The position numbers were made by a program, and so were the translations under genes. From contig BTVJ01000013.1 in the NCBI GenBank assembly GCA_045863395.1, forward strand, positions 64,001 through 128,000: DNA of 64,000 nt. Direction: 5' to 3'. Of this stretch, positions 9,098 through 19,123 are shown one piece after another. Under the pieces are notes generated by a model that was not told where the DNA came from, made no database searches, and was given only the letters and a program-made list of their open reading frames with translations. Position 1 is the first letter of the stretch. Each line of letters opens with the position of its first letter. The DNA comes from Myxococcales bacterium (GTDB taxonomy: Bacteria > Myxococcota_A > UBA9042 > JABWCM01 > BTVJ01).

Positions 9098-10232
9098 GCG
9101 CGGGCTCACCCCTGTCCGCCGGGAACGCACGGTCCACGTCGTCGCCCTCCGCCTCGCGCATCAGGCGCTCCATCTCCCTCTGGCGGGTCTCCACGTCGTA
9201 CTGGCTCCGCTTCGCCCGCTCCATGTACTTGATGAACGACGGTACGGCCACCGCCGCCAGGACCCCGATGATCGGGATGGCTGCCGTCGCGCCCTCCAGG
9301 TCGAAGCGCGCCTCCAGGTGCCGCCCGCTGCGCTCCAGCACGAGCTTGCTGCGCAGGTCCTTGACCGCCTGGTTCGACAGGATGGCCATGAGGGCCTCGC
9401 CCGTGTCGCCGGACCTCTTGAGGGCCTCCTTCTGGGACTCGACGAGGCCGAGACCCGTGGCGATGAGGTCCTCCAGCTTCTTATTGAGTGAGTCCAGCGC
9501 CTGGGGCTCCCCCTGCACGATGAAGCGCCAGCGGCCCTCCGAGTCCACGGCGACGGCGACGCCCTCCAGCGCCTCGCCGAGCGTCACCGCCGCGTAGGCC
9601 TCCGCGGGCACCCGCGAGAGGTCCGCGGTGAACGAGAGCGGCGCCGCCCCAATGGCACCCAGCAGCTCGCCATGGCGCTTGGCGGGCAGACCGCTGCTCT
9701 TGGCTACCGACTCGGCGGTCCCCTTGTGGACGTCGATGACCCGGCGCACGCCCCGGTCGTTCCCGATGATGACCTTGCCGTCCAGCACGGCGTAGCCGAC
9801 CGGCCCGACCTCGTAGATGGTCACGCCCTCGTAGGTGTCGCCCTCCCCCTTCGGGGCCCCGACCAGGTCTGCGTCGAGGATCGCCGCCACTGCCTCGTCC
9901 GCCATGGACGCGAAGCCCGTCACGCGGCGCACCTCGTGGACGTGGAAGCCGACCCGGTCGAGCAACAGCTCCTTGACCTCGGCCTCCACGGCGGGGTCGC
10001 CCCAGAGCCCACCCTTCGGCCACTCCTCGAAGGCGTCGCCCAGCCACGGCTGCATGAAGAGGCGCCTCATGGGGCCCACGTCCACGCGGACCATCATCTC
10101 CGCGTCCCCGGGGACGAGCGCGTCCGCGAAGGTCGCGCCGCGCGAGCCGCAGGATGAGCGCAGCCCGAGGGCGAAGACGACGACCGTCAAGACCAGGAAG
10201 CCGCCGACGACCAACCAACCCTTCCGTTCCAT
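9084..10232 (-). CDS. Membrane-anchored protein with a C-terminal type IV pilin-like helix
   Basis: ATG 10232 coupled to the upstream stop (TGATG); N-terminal TM 'WLVVGGFLVLTVVVFALGL'; near the C-terminus 'AIPIIGVLAAVAVPSFIKYMERAKRSQ'. Confidence 0.75.
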   Translation of the reverse strand: MERKGWLVVGGFLVLTVVVFALGLRSSCGSRGATFADALVPGDAEMMVRVDVGPMRRLFMQPWLGDAFEEWPKGGLWGDPAVEAEVKELLLDRVGFHVHEVRRVTGFASMADEAVAAILDADLVGAPKGEGDTYEGVTIYEVGPVGYAVLDGKVIIGNDRGVRRVIDVHKGTAESVAKSSGLPAKRHGELLGAIGAAPLSFTADLSRVPAEAYAAVTLGEALEGVAVAVDSEGRWRFIVQGEPQALDSLNKKLEDLIATGLGLVESQKEALKRSGDTGEALMAILSNQAVKDLRSKLVLERSGRHLEARFDLEGATAAIPIIGVLAAVAVPSFIKYMERAKRSQYDVETRQREMERLMREAEGDDVDRAFPADRGEPAPTDP

Positions 10233-12226
10233 CAGTCCTCCAATGGGGCACGCCACACGAGGGCCAGCCCCGACAGGAGCAGCGCGACGCCCGCCACGAT
10301 GGCGAGAGGAGCCGGCATGCCGCTCGCGGGGTCGACCATACCCCATTCCGGGGCGAGCTGCGATGCCAGAAGCAGGGTGCCGTTGCTCGCGAAGTGGAAG
10401 AGCACCGGGGGCGCGAGGGAGCGGGAGCGGACGGCGAGGACGCCCGCGATGAGGCCGAGGGCGAAAGTGCCGGCGAAGCGGTACAGGGACAGGTGGAGCA
10501 CGCCGAAGAGCAGCGCGGAGACGACCACCGCCCCAGCGCGAGGCCGGGTGCCCCCGAAGCCGCTCAGGATGAAGCCGCGGAACGCGACCTCCTCGCACAC
10601 CGCCGGGGTGAATGCGAGGACGAAGACCAGGACCGCGGCGCCGAGGGGGCCCTTGGGGACGTCCAGCAGGCCCTCCAGCGTCTCGACCAGCTCCTTCGGG
10701 ACCGGGAAGAAGCGCGACTGGAGCGGCACGACCAGAGCCGACACCACGGCCCAGGCCCCCAGCCCGCAGAGCAGGGCGGCGAGCAAGGCGCGGGGGCTCG
10801 GGCGGCGCAGGCGGAGGGTGGTGCGCAGGTCCACGCGGGCGGTGACGGCGAAGAGGACCGTGGCCGGGAGGAGCAGGCCCCACAGGGTCGCGGCGACACC
10901 GCCGAGCAGGTGGAGCTGCTGGAGCAAAGAGCCCACGTAGTAGAGGAGTACGAACAGCACCGCGAACAGGGCCAAGGCCTCGGCGGCGGACGGGGTGGGC
11001 CGCATGGGGGCGCGCTCCCGGCTGAACAGCGGGCGGAGCCCCACGGTCTCGCCCAGCAGGACCGGCGCGCTCCGAAACAGGCGGGCGGCCAAGGCGAGCA
11101 CCAATGCGGTATAGAGGGCGGTCGAGGCGAGGACGAGGAACACCGCGTCCGGCGAGACGCGCCCCTGGAGGAGCCCCTTGGCGAGCAGCGCCAGGTTGAC
11201 GGCGGGGACCAGGGCCGCGGCGGCGCTCAGCTCCATTCCGGGGAGCTGGGCCAGCATGGCGGGCACGACGCAGGCGAGGTACAGCGGCGTCAGCAGGTGC
11301 TGCGCCTCCTTGTAGCTCCTGGCCAGCACGGCGACGGTCATCATCAGGGCGCTGAAGAACAGGCCCATGGCGACGACGGTCAGGAACAGGAGCGCCAGGG
11401 TGCCCGCCGAGAGAGAGAGCTCCAGACCGCCAACCATGGCGGTCGCCTGGCCAAAGACCAGCCCGATGGAGCCGATGTTGACCGCCCCGGCGAGCAGCGC
11501 CATGACGCACACGGCCAGGAACTTGCCGGCGACGATGTCGGTGGAGCGGATGGGCGCGGTCAGCAGCGTCTGGAGGGTCCCCCGCTCTTTCTCACCGGCG
11601 GTCAGGTCCACCGCGGGGTGGAAGGCGCCCAGGATCACCGTGAGGATCAGCAGCAGCGGCAACACCTGGCTGAGCACGAACGCGCCCATCTGCGCCGGGA
11701 GAGCGGCGTTTCGGACCGTGACCTCCAGCGGGCGGGCGAAGGTGGGTGGGAGGCCCCGGAGGGTGAGGCGTCTTTCAAGGATATCGGTGCGCCAGGATCG
11801 GAGCGCCTCGTCGACCCGCTCCTGGGCCAGGCGCGAGAGGTCTCGGGTCTCGTCCACCACGAGGGTCGCCGGGGCGGTGCCGTCGACCAGCGCAGCAGAG
11901 AAGCCGGGCTCCAGCACGAGCACCACGTCCGCCTCTTCGGCAGCCAGGATGGCCTCCGGTGTGCCCTCTGGAGGAGACACACTCTCCAGCCCCTCCACGG
12001 CACCCAGGGCCTCCACCAGGCCCTGCGGCGGCGGCTCGCCGAGGAGCGCGACCCGGGCGGTGCGCGACTCCAGCTCCGCCTTCTGGGCCCCGGCCACCTG
12101 GACGACGAGCAGCAGCAGCGCCGGGTAGAGCACCACGGGCAGCAGCACCATCAGCGCGACGGAGCGGCGGTCGCGCAGCGTCTCCCGGAGCTCTTTGGCG
12201 AGGATGATCCGGGCGAGGCGGCTCAC
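10232..12226 (-). CDS. ABC-2 type permease (NatB-like) fused to a CPBP (CAAX/Abi) intramembrane metalloprotease
   Basis: 'KELRETLRDRR', 'AGEKERGTLQTLLTAP...IVAGKF' (NatB-like); C-terminal CPBP motifs EEVAFRG, FGVLH and HFASN are all intact. Confidence 0.9.
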   Translation of the reverse strand: MSRLARIILAKELRETLRDRRSVALMVLLPVVLYPALLLLVVQVAGAQKAELESRTARVALLGEPPPQGLVEALGAVEGLESVSPPEGTPEAILAAEEADVVLVLEPGFSAALVDGTAPATLVVDETRDLSRLAQERVDEALRSWRTDILERRLTLRGLPPTFARPLEVTVRNAALPAQMGAFVLSQVLPLLLILTVILGAFHPAVDLTAGEKERGTLQTLLTAPIRSTDIVAGKFLAVCVMALLAGAVNIGSIGLVFGQATAMVGGLELSLSAGTLALLFLTVVAMGLFFSALMMTVAVLARSYKEAQHLLTPLYLACVVPAMLAQLPGMELSAAAALVPAVNLALLAKGLLQGRVSPDAVFLVLASTALYTALVLALAARLFRSAPVLLGETVGLRPLFSRERAPMRPTPSAAEALALFAVLFVLLYYVGSLLQQLHLLGGVAATLWGLLLPATVLFAVTARVDLRTTLRLRRPSPRALLAALLCGLGAWAVVSALVVPLQSRFFPVPKELVETLEGLLDVPKGPLGAAVLVFVLAFTPAVCEEVAFRGFILSGFGGTRPRAGAVVVSALLFGVLHLSLYRFAGTFALGLIAGVLAVRSRSLAPPVLFHFASNGTLLLASQLAPEWGMVDPASGMPAPLAIVAGVALLLSGLALVWRAPLED

Positions 12227-12945
12227 GGCGCCACCGCCCGCAAGAACGCCTCGGTGAGGGAGCGGGCCCCCGTGGGGGCGAGCAGCTCATCCAGGGTGCC
12301 CGTCGCCAGGAGCCGCCCCTCGTGGAGGATGCCGATGCGGTCGCAGAGCAGCTCCGCCTCCGCCATGACGTGGGTGGAGAACAAGATCGCCTTGCCCCGG
12401 TCGCGCTCCGCCCGCAGCAGGTCGAGGATGTACTGGGCGGACAGGATGTCGAGGCCGCTGGTCGGCTCGTCGAGCACGAGCACCGGCGGGTCGTGGACCA
12501 GCGCCCGCGCGATGGACACCCGCTGCTGCTGCCCCGTGGACAGCTTGCCGCAGTGGCGGTCGCGGAACGAGCCCATGTCCAACGTCGCCACCAGCGCGTC
12601 GATGCGTGCCTCCAAGCGCGCCCGGGGCATTGCGTGGAGCTCCCCGAAGAAGCGCAGCAGCTCCGCCGGGGTCAGGCGCGCGTAGAGGCCGGTGTCGCCG
12701 GTCAGGTAGCCCAAGGAGCGGCGCACGTCGAGCGGGGAGGCGACGACGTCGTGGCCAGCGACGCGTGCGTGGCCGGCGGTCGGCGCGATCAGCGTCGCGA
12801 GCACCCGCAGCGCCGTGGTCTTGCCCGCGCCGTTCGGGCCGAGGAGGCCGAAGATCTGCCCCGCGGGGACCTGGAAGCTCAGATCGCGGACCGCGACGAC
12901 CTCTCCGAAGGTGCGCAGCAGGCCGTTGACCTCGATGCCCATCAT
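12223..12945 (-). CDS. ABC transporter ATP-binding protein (NatA-like)
   Basis: Walker A GPNGAGKTT, signature LSTGQ, Walker B VLVLDEPT, H-loop STH; 4-nt overlap with the permease. Confidence 0.93.
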   Translation of the reverse strand: MMGIEVNGLLRTFGEVVAVRDLSFQVPAGQIFGLLGPNGAGKTTALRVLATLIAPTAGHARVAGHDVVASPLDVRRSLGYLTGDTGLYARLTPAELLRFFGELHAMPRARLEARIDALVATLDMGSFRDRHCGKLSTGQQQRVSIARALVHDPPVLVLDEPTSGLDILSAQYILDLLRAERDRGKAILFSTHVMAEAELLCDRIGILHEGRLLATGTLDELLAPTGARSLTEAFLRAVAP

Positions 12946-13034
12946 GCGCGCATGGTGGGCGGCGGGTGGGGGGATCGTCAAGTCGCGCCAGGATTTGGCG
13001 CCGGACCTGGACCTTGCGGTAGACTCGCCCCGCC

Positions 13035-15131
13035 ATGGCTGCACACCGCGTCCGCCCAGCGCTCCTCATCGCCCTCGCCGTCGCGGCGGGCATCGCCGCC
13101 CTCGTGGTGTGGCTCGCCCCGGGAGGGATGCGGTCGACGGGGGCCCCTCCGCGTCGCGTGGCGCACGCGGAGCCCGAGGACGCCGGTGCCGTGGAGGAGA
13201 CGGTCCCCGTGCTGGTGGGCCGGGTGGTCGCCGCGCCGACCAACCGGGGCGTGCCCGGGGCGACGGTCCTGCTCGACGGCCTCGAGGTGGCGGTCACGGA
13301 CGCCGAGGGGCGCTTCACGGTCGTCGATGCCACCGAGGGGCGTTACGTCCTCACCGCCCGCGCCGATGGCTACGTGGGTCCGCCCCCTACCGGGGCTCCC
13401 CCGCTGGAGGTGCGCATCGAGCCGGGCCTGACCGTCAGCGGCGTGCGTGTCACCCTCTACTCTGGAGCGTCCATCGGCGGGCGCGTGGTCGCGGCGGGCA
13501 AGCCCGTGGCGGGGGCGGCGCTGTCGCTCTACTACGACGCCGCCCCCGGCGCCCGAGAGCCCTTCGTCACCGAGGCGACCGCGCGCACGGACGCGAGCGG
13601 CGGCTTCACCCTCTGGCCGGTGCACCCGGGGCGCGTGCGCGTGCTGGCCGAGGCGGACGGCTGGTCCATGGGGGAGAGCGACGAGGTGGTGGCCGAGTCG
13701 GGCGACCCGGTGACCGACGTCCTCATCGATCTCGGCGCGTCCGCGGCGCTGGCTGGGGTGGTGCTCGACGTTCAGGGGCGCCCGATCACCGGAGCCGAGG
13801 TGTGGGTGACCTCCACGAGGACCGGGCGGCGGAACACGACGACGGACGGCTCGGGGCGGTTCGAGCTGCGCGCCCTGCCGGCGGGGGCCGCCGAGGTCCA
13901 CGCCCGGGCCAGCGGGTACGAGGACGCCCCGGTCCAGGCGCTGGAGCTCGGCGCCAACGAGGAGACGCGGGTGGAGCTGCGCCTGGCACAGGCGCCGGGC
14001 TTCGGCGGGCTGGTCGTGTCGCCGGGGGGGCAGCCCGTCGCCGAGGCGGTGGTCACCTGGATGCCGGAGTCCTCGGCCGCCATGCACCGCCGCCCGGGAG
14101 GCCTGGCGGGGATGAGGGCGGTCACCGACGCCAAGGGGCGCTTCTGGGTGCGCCAGGTGCCGACGGAGCCCGTCGTCATGGTCGCCACCCACCGGGAGTA
14201 CGCGGCCTCGGAGGAGCGCACCGTCCCCCTCGGCGTCCGCGAGGTCACCCTCACCCTGAGCCCCGGCGGGTCGCTGTCGGGGCGGGTCATCGACGCGGTG
14301 GGGCGGCGCCCGGTCACCACCTACGAGGTGGCCATGGTGTCCTTCAAGTCACGAGACGGCGCGGTGCAGGGGGGCGGCGGCTTCGAGCGCCTGACCGTGG
14401 CGGACCCGGACGGCCGCTTCCAGTTCACGGGCCTGACGCCGGGCACCTACGCCATCTCGGTGCTGGCAGACGGGTTCCGCGCGGAGCGCGTGGACAACAT
14501 CGAGGTGTGGGCCGGCCAGGAGACGTCGGACGTGGAGGTGCGGCTCCACAGGGGGGGCGCAGTGACCGGGCTGATCGTGGACGCGGTGTCCGGGGCGCCG
14601 ATCCCCCAGGCCTACGTCACCGTCACGACGCTCTACGAGCAAGGCTACCGGCGCGGAGGCCCGGGAGCGCTCACGAACGGTGAGGGCCGCTTCCGCATGG
14701 AGGGGCTGCCGGAGGGGCCACGCTCCCTCAACGTCCGTGCGCGCGGCTACGAGAGCCTGATCTCCAGCGGCCACGTGGTGCCCTCGGACGGCGAGCGGGA
14801 CATCGGCGTGATCCGGCTCGCGCCCGAGAAGCCCGGGGAGCGCGGCGTCACGAAGTTCAGCGGCATCGGCACGGTGCTCCGCGAGCAGGACGGCCGCATC
14901 TACGCCGCACGAATCATCGAGGACAGCCCGGCGGCGGCCATGGGCCTCGAGACCGACACGGAGATCCTGTCCGTGGACGGCCGCGACCTGTCGAGCATGA
15001 CCATGACGGAGGCAGTGGAGCGCATCCGGGGCCAGGAGGGCTCCGACGTCACGCTCATGGTGCTGCGCCCCGGCGCCGCGGTACCGGAGCGGATCCTGAT
15101 CACCCGCGGCCAGGTCACGATGCAGCGGTGA
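13035..15131 (+). CDS. Membrane-anchored protein with tandem carboxypeptidase-regulatory-like (beta-sandwich) repeats and a C-terminal PDZ domain
   Basis: N-terminal TM; about six repeats of 'G.V....G.P..GA.V....TD..G.F....'; PDZ with 'FSGIG' loop, 'DSPAAAMGL', 'IRGQEGSDVTL'. Confidence 0.85.
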   Translation: MAAHRVRPALLIALAVAAGIAALVVWLAPGGMRSTGAPPRRVAHAEPEDAGAVEETVPVLVGRVVAAPTNRGVPGATVLLDGLEVAVTDAEGRFTVVDATEGRYVLTARADGYVGPPPTGAPPLEVRIEPGLTVSGVRVTLYSGASIGGRVVAAGKPVAGAALSLYYDAAPGAREPFVTEATARTDASGGFTLWPVHPGRVRVLAEADGWSMGESDEVVAESGDPVTDVLIDLGASAALAGVVLDVQGRPITGAEVWVTSTRTGRRNTTTDGSGRFELRALPAGAAEVHARASGYEDAPVQALELGANEETRVELRLAQAPGFGGLVVSPGGQPVAEAVVTWMPESSAAMHRRPGGLAGMRAVTDAKGRFWVRQVPTEPVVMVATHREYAASEERTVPLGVREVTLTLSPGGSLSGRVIDAVGRRPVTTYEVAMVSFKSRDGAVQGGGGFERLTVADPDGRFQFTGLTPGTYAISVLADGFRAERVDNIEVWAGQETSDVEVRLHRGGAVTGLIVDAVSGAPIPQAYVTVTTLYEQGYRRGGPGALTNGEGRFRMEGLPEGPRSLNVRARGYESLISSGHVVPSDGERDIGVIRLAPEKPGERGVTKFSGIGTVLREQDGRIYAARIIEDSPAAAMGLETDTEILSVDGRDLSSMTMTEAVERIRGQEGSDVTLMVLRPGAAVPERILITRGQVTMQR

Positions 15132-15189
15132 CACGGCAGCGTGCAAAGAAAGTTGGCAGCGCCCGGGGATGCGGCCATACTCGGCGGCC

Positions 15190-17529
15190 ATGCGACGTGG
15201 CGACAGATCTCGGCATGTGGAGTGCATCTGGGCGAGCGTAGCGATGATTCTCGTCGTCGCGCTTTTCCAATCGAAGCCTGCGCACGCAGGTCAAGTGAAC
15301 CCGCCCCGTTCCGACCACTACGACCTCACGCCGCTGTTTCTTCGGGACGCGCTGACGGAGCAGGCCTACCGAGCGTGGAGGGCGGGCGACCGGACGAGCG
15401 CGCGCGAGACGCTCGGGCAGTGGCTCGACGCGCACGGGTCGGACCCTGACGCCCCGGCGCTCCGCTTCCTGGCGGCGCGCATCGCGATGGAGGACGGCGC
15501 GGAGGACGACGCCATCGCCGACCTGGAGGCCATCGCCACCTGGGGGCCGCTGCGGAGCGTGGTCGCGATGCAGCTCGGCGAGGCGTACCGGGCGCGTGGG
15601 CACCTGGAGCGGGCGCTGCAAGCCTACGAGATGGTCCGCCCGGACAGCACCCAGTACCCGCTCGCGGCGCTGGCGGCGGCGGGGATCCACCGGGAGCAGG
15701 GGGCGCTCGCCGACGCGCGTGCCCACGTAGAGGCAGCGCTCGTGTCGACGGCGGACCCGGCGGTCGAGGACCAGGCGCGGCTCCTTCTGGCCAGGGTGCT
15801 GTCGGAGCAGGGCGACCTGGACGGCGCAAGAGGCCACCTGCAGCGCCTCTGGTGGGGGAGGCGCAAGGTCGCCGGAGACGCGGCGCGAGCGTTGGAGCGG
15901 CTCGGGGCGCCGCCAACCGCCGTCGAGGACCTGATGCGCGAGGTGGACGCCGTCGGGACCCGCGACCTGGACGACGCCCGCAAGCGGCTCCGGCGGACCC
16001 TCGATGCGCGGTTCAAAGGGCCGAAGCACGCGGCCCTGCGCCTGTGGGTGGAGGCCGAGCTGCTCCGCCGCGACCGCAAGACTTGCGACAAGGCGACCCT
16101 GAAGTACGAAGCGGCCCTCGAGCTGGAGAGCGACGACCCGGTGCTGGCTCCGGCCATCCTGTACGGGCAGGCCATCGCGTTGCGCCGCCAGAACCGGGAT
16201 CTGGAGGCCGTCGAGCGCTACTTGCGCCTCGCAGACCGCTGGCCCGCCCACCGGCTGGCGCCCGCCGCGCTGTACGGGGCGGGCGATCTCCTGATCTACC
16301 GCGGCCTGCCTGTGGAGGCGGAGCGCCCGCTGCGAAGGCTCGCCACCGAGGCGCCGGACAGCGCGGAGCACGCGGCCGCGCTGTGGGAGCTGGGCTTCGG
16401 AGCGTGGCTGGCGGGGGACACGGCGGGGGCCATCCGCACGCTGGATCTGCTCGCGCGCACGGCCCCCATGCGGCGCACCCCGCAGGGGGCGACGTGGCCG
16501 GAGCGCGCGCTGTACTGGAAGGGGCGCGCCGAGGTCCGGGCAGGCCACCCGGATCGGGCCCTGGCGACGTGGCGCCACCTGGTGGAGCGCTTCCCGCTCA
16601 CCTACTACTCGACCCAGGCCTTCAACCGCATCGCCGAGCTGGACCCGGCGCTGGCGGACACCCTGCGGCAGCGGCGCCCGGCAGGGCCGGAGCGCGACCC
16701 GGAGCTGCTGGACCTGGCGCGATACACGGTGCGCCGCCGCCCGACCCTGGACGCCGCGGTGACCCTGGCGCGCGTCGGGCTCTTCGAGGACGCCCGCGAA
16801 GAGCTGGAGGCGCGCCTCGACAAGGGCACGCTCCACGCGGACGGCGTGCTGCTGCTCTCGTCGCTCCACCTGCGGGAGTCGAACCCGTGGAAGGCCGTGG
16901 CGGGCGTGCGCCGGACCATCCTGCTTGCGACCTACCCGGACTCCGAGAGCACGCCGCTGTGGCGCTATGCCTTCCCGGTCCCGTTCCTGGAGCTGGCGAC
17001 GCGGCACGCGACGGACAACGGTCTGTCGCCCCACCTGCTGATGGGCGTCATCCGCCACGAGTCGAGCTTCAACCCCGCGGCGGTCAGCCACGCCAACGCC
17101 ATCGGGCTCACGCAGGTGCTGCCGGAGACCGCGCGGACGGTGGCCACGCGCCTGCTGGGTGAGAAGGCGCCGGGCGTAGCGGACCTGAAGGACCCGGAGA
17201 CCAACCTGCGGGTGGGCACGCGTTTCCTGCGGGAGCTGCTCTCGCTCTTCCAGGGAAACCCGGTGCTTGCGCTCGCGGCCTACAACGCGGGCCCCTACGC
17301 GGTGAAGCGGTGGCTCAGCGAGAACGGCCACCTCCAGACCGACGAGCTGCTCGAGTGCATGCCCTACGACGTCACAGCGGCCTATGTGAAGGACATCCTG
17401 ACCAGCGCCTGCGCGTACCAGTATCTCTATGCGAGGCAAGACGATCCCGGCGCGCGTACCGTGCCCATCCCCCGCGACCTCCCCAGCGAGTACGGGCCCT
17501 TCCTGGAGCGGACCACGGCGAAGCGCTGA
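15190..17529 (+). CDS. Soluble lytic murein transglycosylase (Slt70-like) with TPR-like superhelix
   Basis: SLT motifs 'IRHESSFNPAAVS.ANAIGLTQV', 'NLRVGTRFL', 'ALAAYNAG'; N-terminal hydrophobic signal and helical repeats. Start uncertain (15169, 15190 or 15244). Confidence 0.9.
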   Translation: MRRGDRSRHVECIWASVAMILVVALFQSKPAHAGQVNPPRSDHYDLTPLFLRDALTEQAYRAWRAGDRTSARETLGQWLDAHGSDPDAPALRFLAARIAMEDGAEDDAIADLEAIATWGPLRSVVAMQLGEAYRARGHLERALQAYEMVRPDSTQYPLAALAAAGIHREQGALADARAHVEAALVSTADPAVEDQARLLLARVLSEQGDLDGARGHLQRLWWGRRKVAGDAARALERLGAPPTAVEDLMREVDAVGTRDLDDARKRLRRTLDARFKGPKHAALRLWVEAELLRRDRKTCDKATLKYEAALELESDDPVLAPAILYGQAIALRRQNRDLEAVERYLRLADRWPAHRLAPAALYGAGDLLIYRGLPVEAERPLRRLATEAPDSAEHAAALWELGFGAWLAGDTAGAIRTLDLLARTAPMRRTPQGATWPERALYWKGRAEVRAGHPDRALATWRHLVERFPLTYYSTQAFNRIAELDPALADTLRQRRPAGPERDPELLDLARYTVRRRPTLDAAVTLARVGLFEDAREELEARLDKGTLHADGVLLLSSLHLRESNPWKAVAGVRRTILLATYPDSESTPLWRYAFPVPFLELATRHATDNGLSPHLLMGVIRHESSFNPAAVSHANAIGLTQVLPETARTVATRLLGEKAPGVADLKDPETNLRVGTRFLRELLSLFQGNPVLALAAYNAGPYAVKRWLSENGHLQTDELLECMPYDVTAAYVKDILTSACAYQYLYARQDDPGARTVPIPRDLPSEYGPFLERTTAKR

Positions 17530-17601
17530 CCGGATCGCGGTGGTTGACTTCCAGGGCGCCTGGGCTCGAAGATCCGGGCACCCACCACCGCGCGGGCTGC
17601 C

Positions 17602-18932
17602 GTGACGGACCGCACGACGATCACCGAGAAGCTGGCGGGCGACGCCTCGGGGACGAGACCACTCCGGCCCGTGCTGATCCTCGCCCACGGCCCGGCTCCG
17701 GAGCGCATCGGCGAGCGAACCGCCCTCCCGCGCAGGGAGACGATCATCGGGCGGGGTGAGCCACGCTTCGAGACGGGGCCTCTCGACGACCCGCGCGTGT
17801 CCTCCCGCCACCTGGTCGTGACGCCGGGCGCGGCGGGCCTGGGCGTGCGGGACGTGGGCGGCAAGAGCGGGATCCTGGTGCACGGCAAGCGTGTGGACGC
17901 GGCGCGGCTCCAGCCTGGTGATCTGGTGCAGTGCGGGCGCACCTTCCTTCTCTATCGCGTCGAGCCCGCGTTCGACTGGCGCCCCGCGGAGTCGGCCCTG
18001 GCCGGCCTGAGCTATCTGCTCCACCTCGTGCGCCAGAGCGTGGAGCGCGCCGCAGCCCACGACCTGCCGGCGCTCATCACGGGCCCCTCGGGGGCGGGCA
18101 AGGAGCCGGCCGCGCGAGAGGTGCACCGCCTGAGCCGTCGCACGGGGCCCCTCGTGCCCGTCAACTGCGCCGCCTTGCCCGCGGAGCTGGTGGAGAGCGA
18201 GCTGTTCGGACACGTCGCCGGCGCCTTCACCGGGGCAGGACCGGCGAAAGAGGGGCTCTTCAGGAGGGCGCAGGGCGGGACGCTGTTCCTGGACGAGGTG
18301 GGCGCCATGCCGCTCGCGCGCCAGCCGAAGCTGCTGCGCGCCATCCAGGAGCGGAGGGTGCGGGCGGTCGGCGGGACCCGGGAGGTGGACGTGGACGTCC
18401 GAATCGTCGCCGCGACCAACGAGGACCTGCCCGCCCTGGTCCGCAGCGGCGGATTCCGGACGGACCTGTACGGGCGACTCTCGGGGGCGCTCATCGAGAT
18501 GCCCCCCTCGCGCAGCGGCGCGAGGACGTCGGCGCCCTGCTCCGCTGGTTCCTCCGCGGGCGCGACCTGGAGGTGGCGCCGGAGCTGCTCAGGGACCTCT
18601 TCGAGCACCCGTGGCCCCTCAACGTGCGCGCCCTGGAGCACCTCGTGATGGCGGCCGCGAGCACCGCGGTGGCGGTGCTCGGTCCCACGCCGGACACCCG
18701 GCGCCTGCTCGACACCCAGGGCTCACTCGGTGGTGAGGCCCGGGAGCGGCGTGCGCCGGGGGCCGAGGAGCTGGCGCGGCTCCTGGAGCACCACGGCGGA
18801 GTGGTCTCCAGGGTTGCCCTGGAGCTCGGCGTCCACCGCTACCAGGTCTACCGCTGGATGGCGGCGGCAGGCAGGGGGCGCACCGGGACCGCCCGGAGGA
18901 CTGACGAGTTCCGTGCGCAACGGTCACGGTGA
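17602..18932 (+). pseudogene. FHA-domain sigma54-dependent transcriptional activator (bEBP, Fis-type HTH), interrupted by a 1-nt frameshift (real or sequencing error)
   Basis: FHA 'IIGRG...DPRVSSRH'; Walker A GPSGAGKE; '[13 protein letters not shown]'; 'LFLDEVG'; the reading continues in ORF 17931..18932 as 'LAQRREDV...WPLNVRAL...HGGVVSRVALELGVHRYQVYRWM'. The break lies in C6 at 18502-18507. Confidence 0.85.
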
Positions 18933-19123
18933 GGCGCGGAGCCATGGGCGAGCCGCGCGAGGGGCGTCTCAGCGCCCCACTACCCACGGACTTCTGGTGC
19001 ATCCTGGCTCTGTGACCGCCAGTACCGTGTCGTCCGCGTATCGACGCACCGTGTCGCGCCTGCGGTGCGTGCAATTGTCGCCACCGTTACGCTAGAGTCG
19101 GCGCTTCGGAGGTTCGCTCGGCC

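Noticed and set aside
10233..11510. 808-aa version of the pilin-tail protein
   Set aside because: The upstream part overlaps the permease out of frame; the coupled ATG at 10232 is the credible start
15115..18213. 1032-aa minus-strand ORF
   Set aside because: Antisense shadow of the Slt and bEBP genes; no motifs; expected in high-GC DNA
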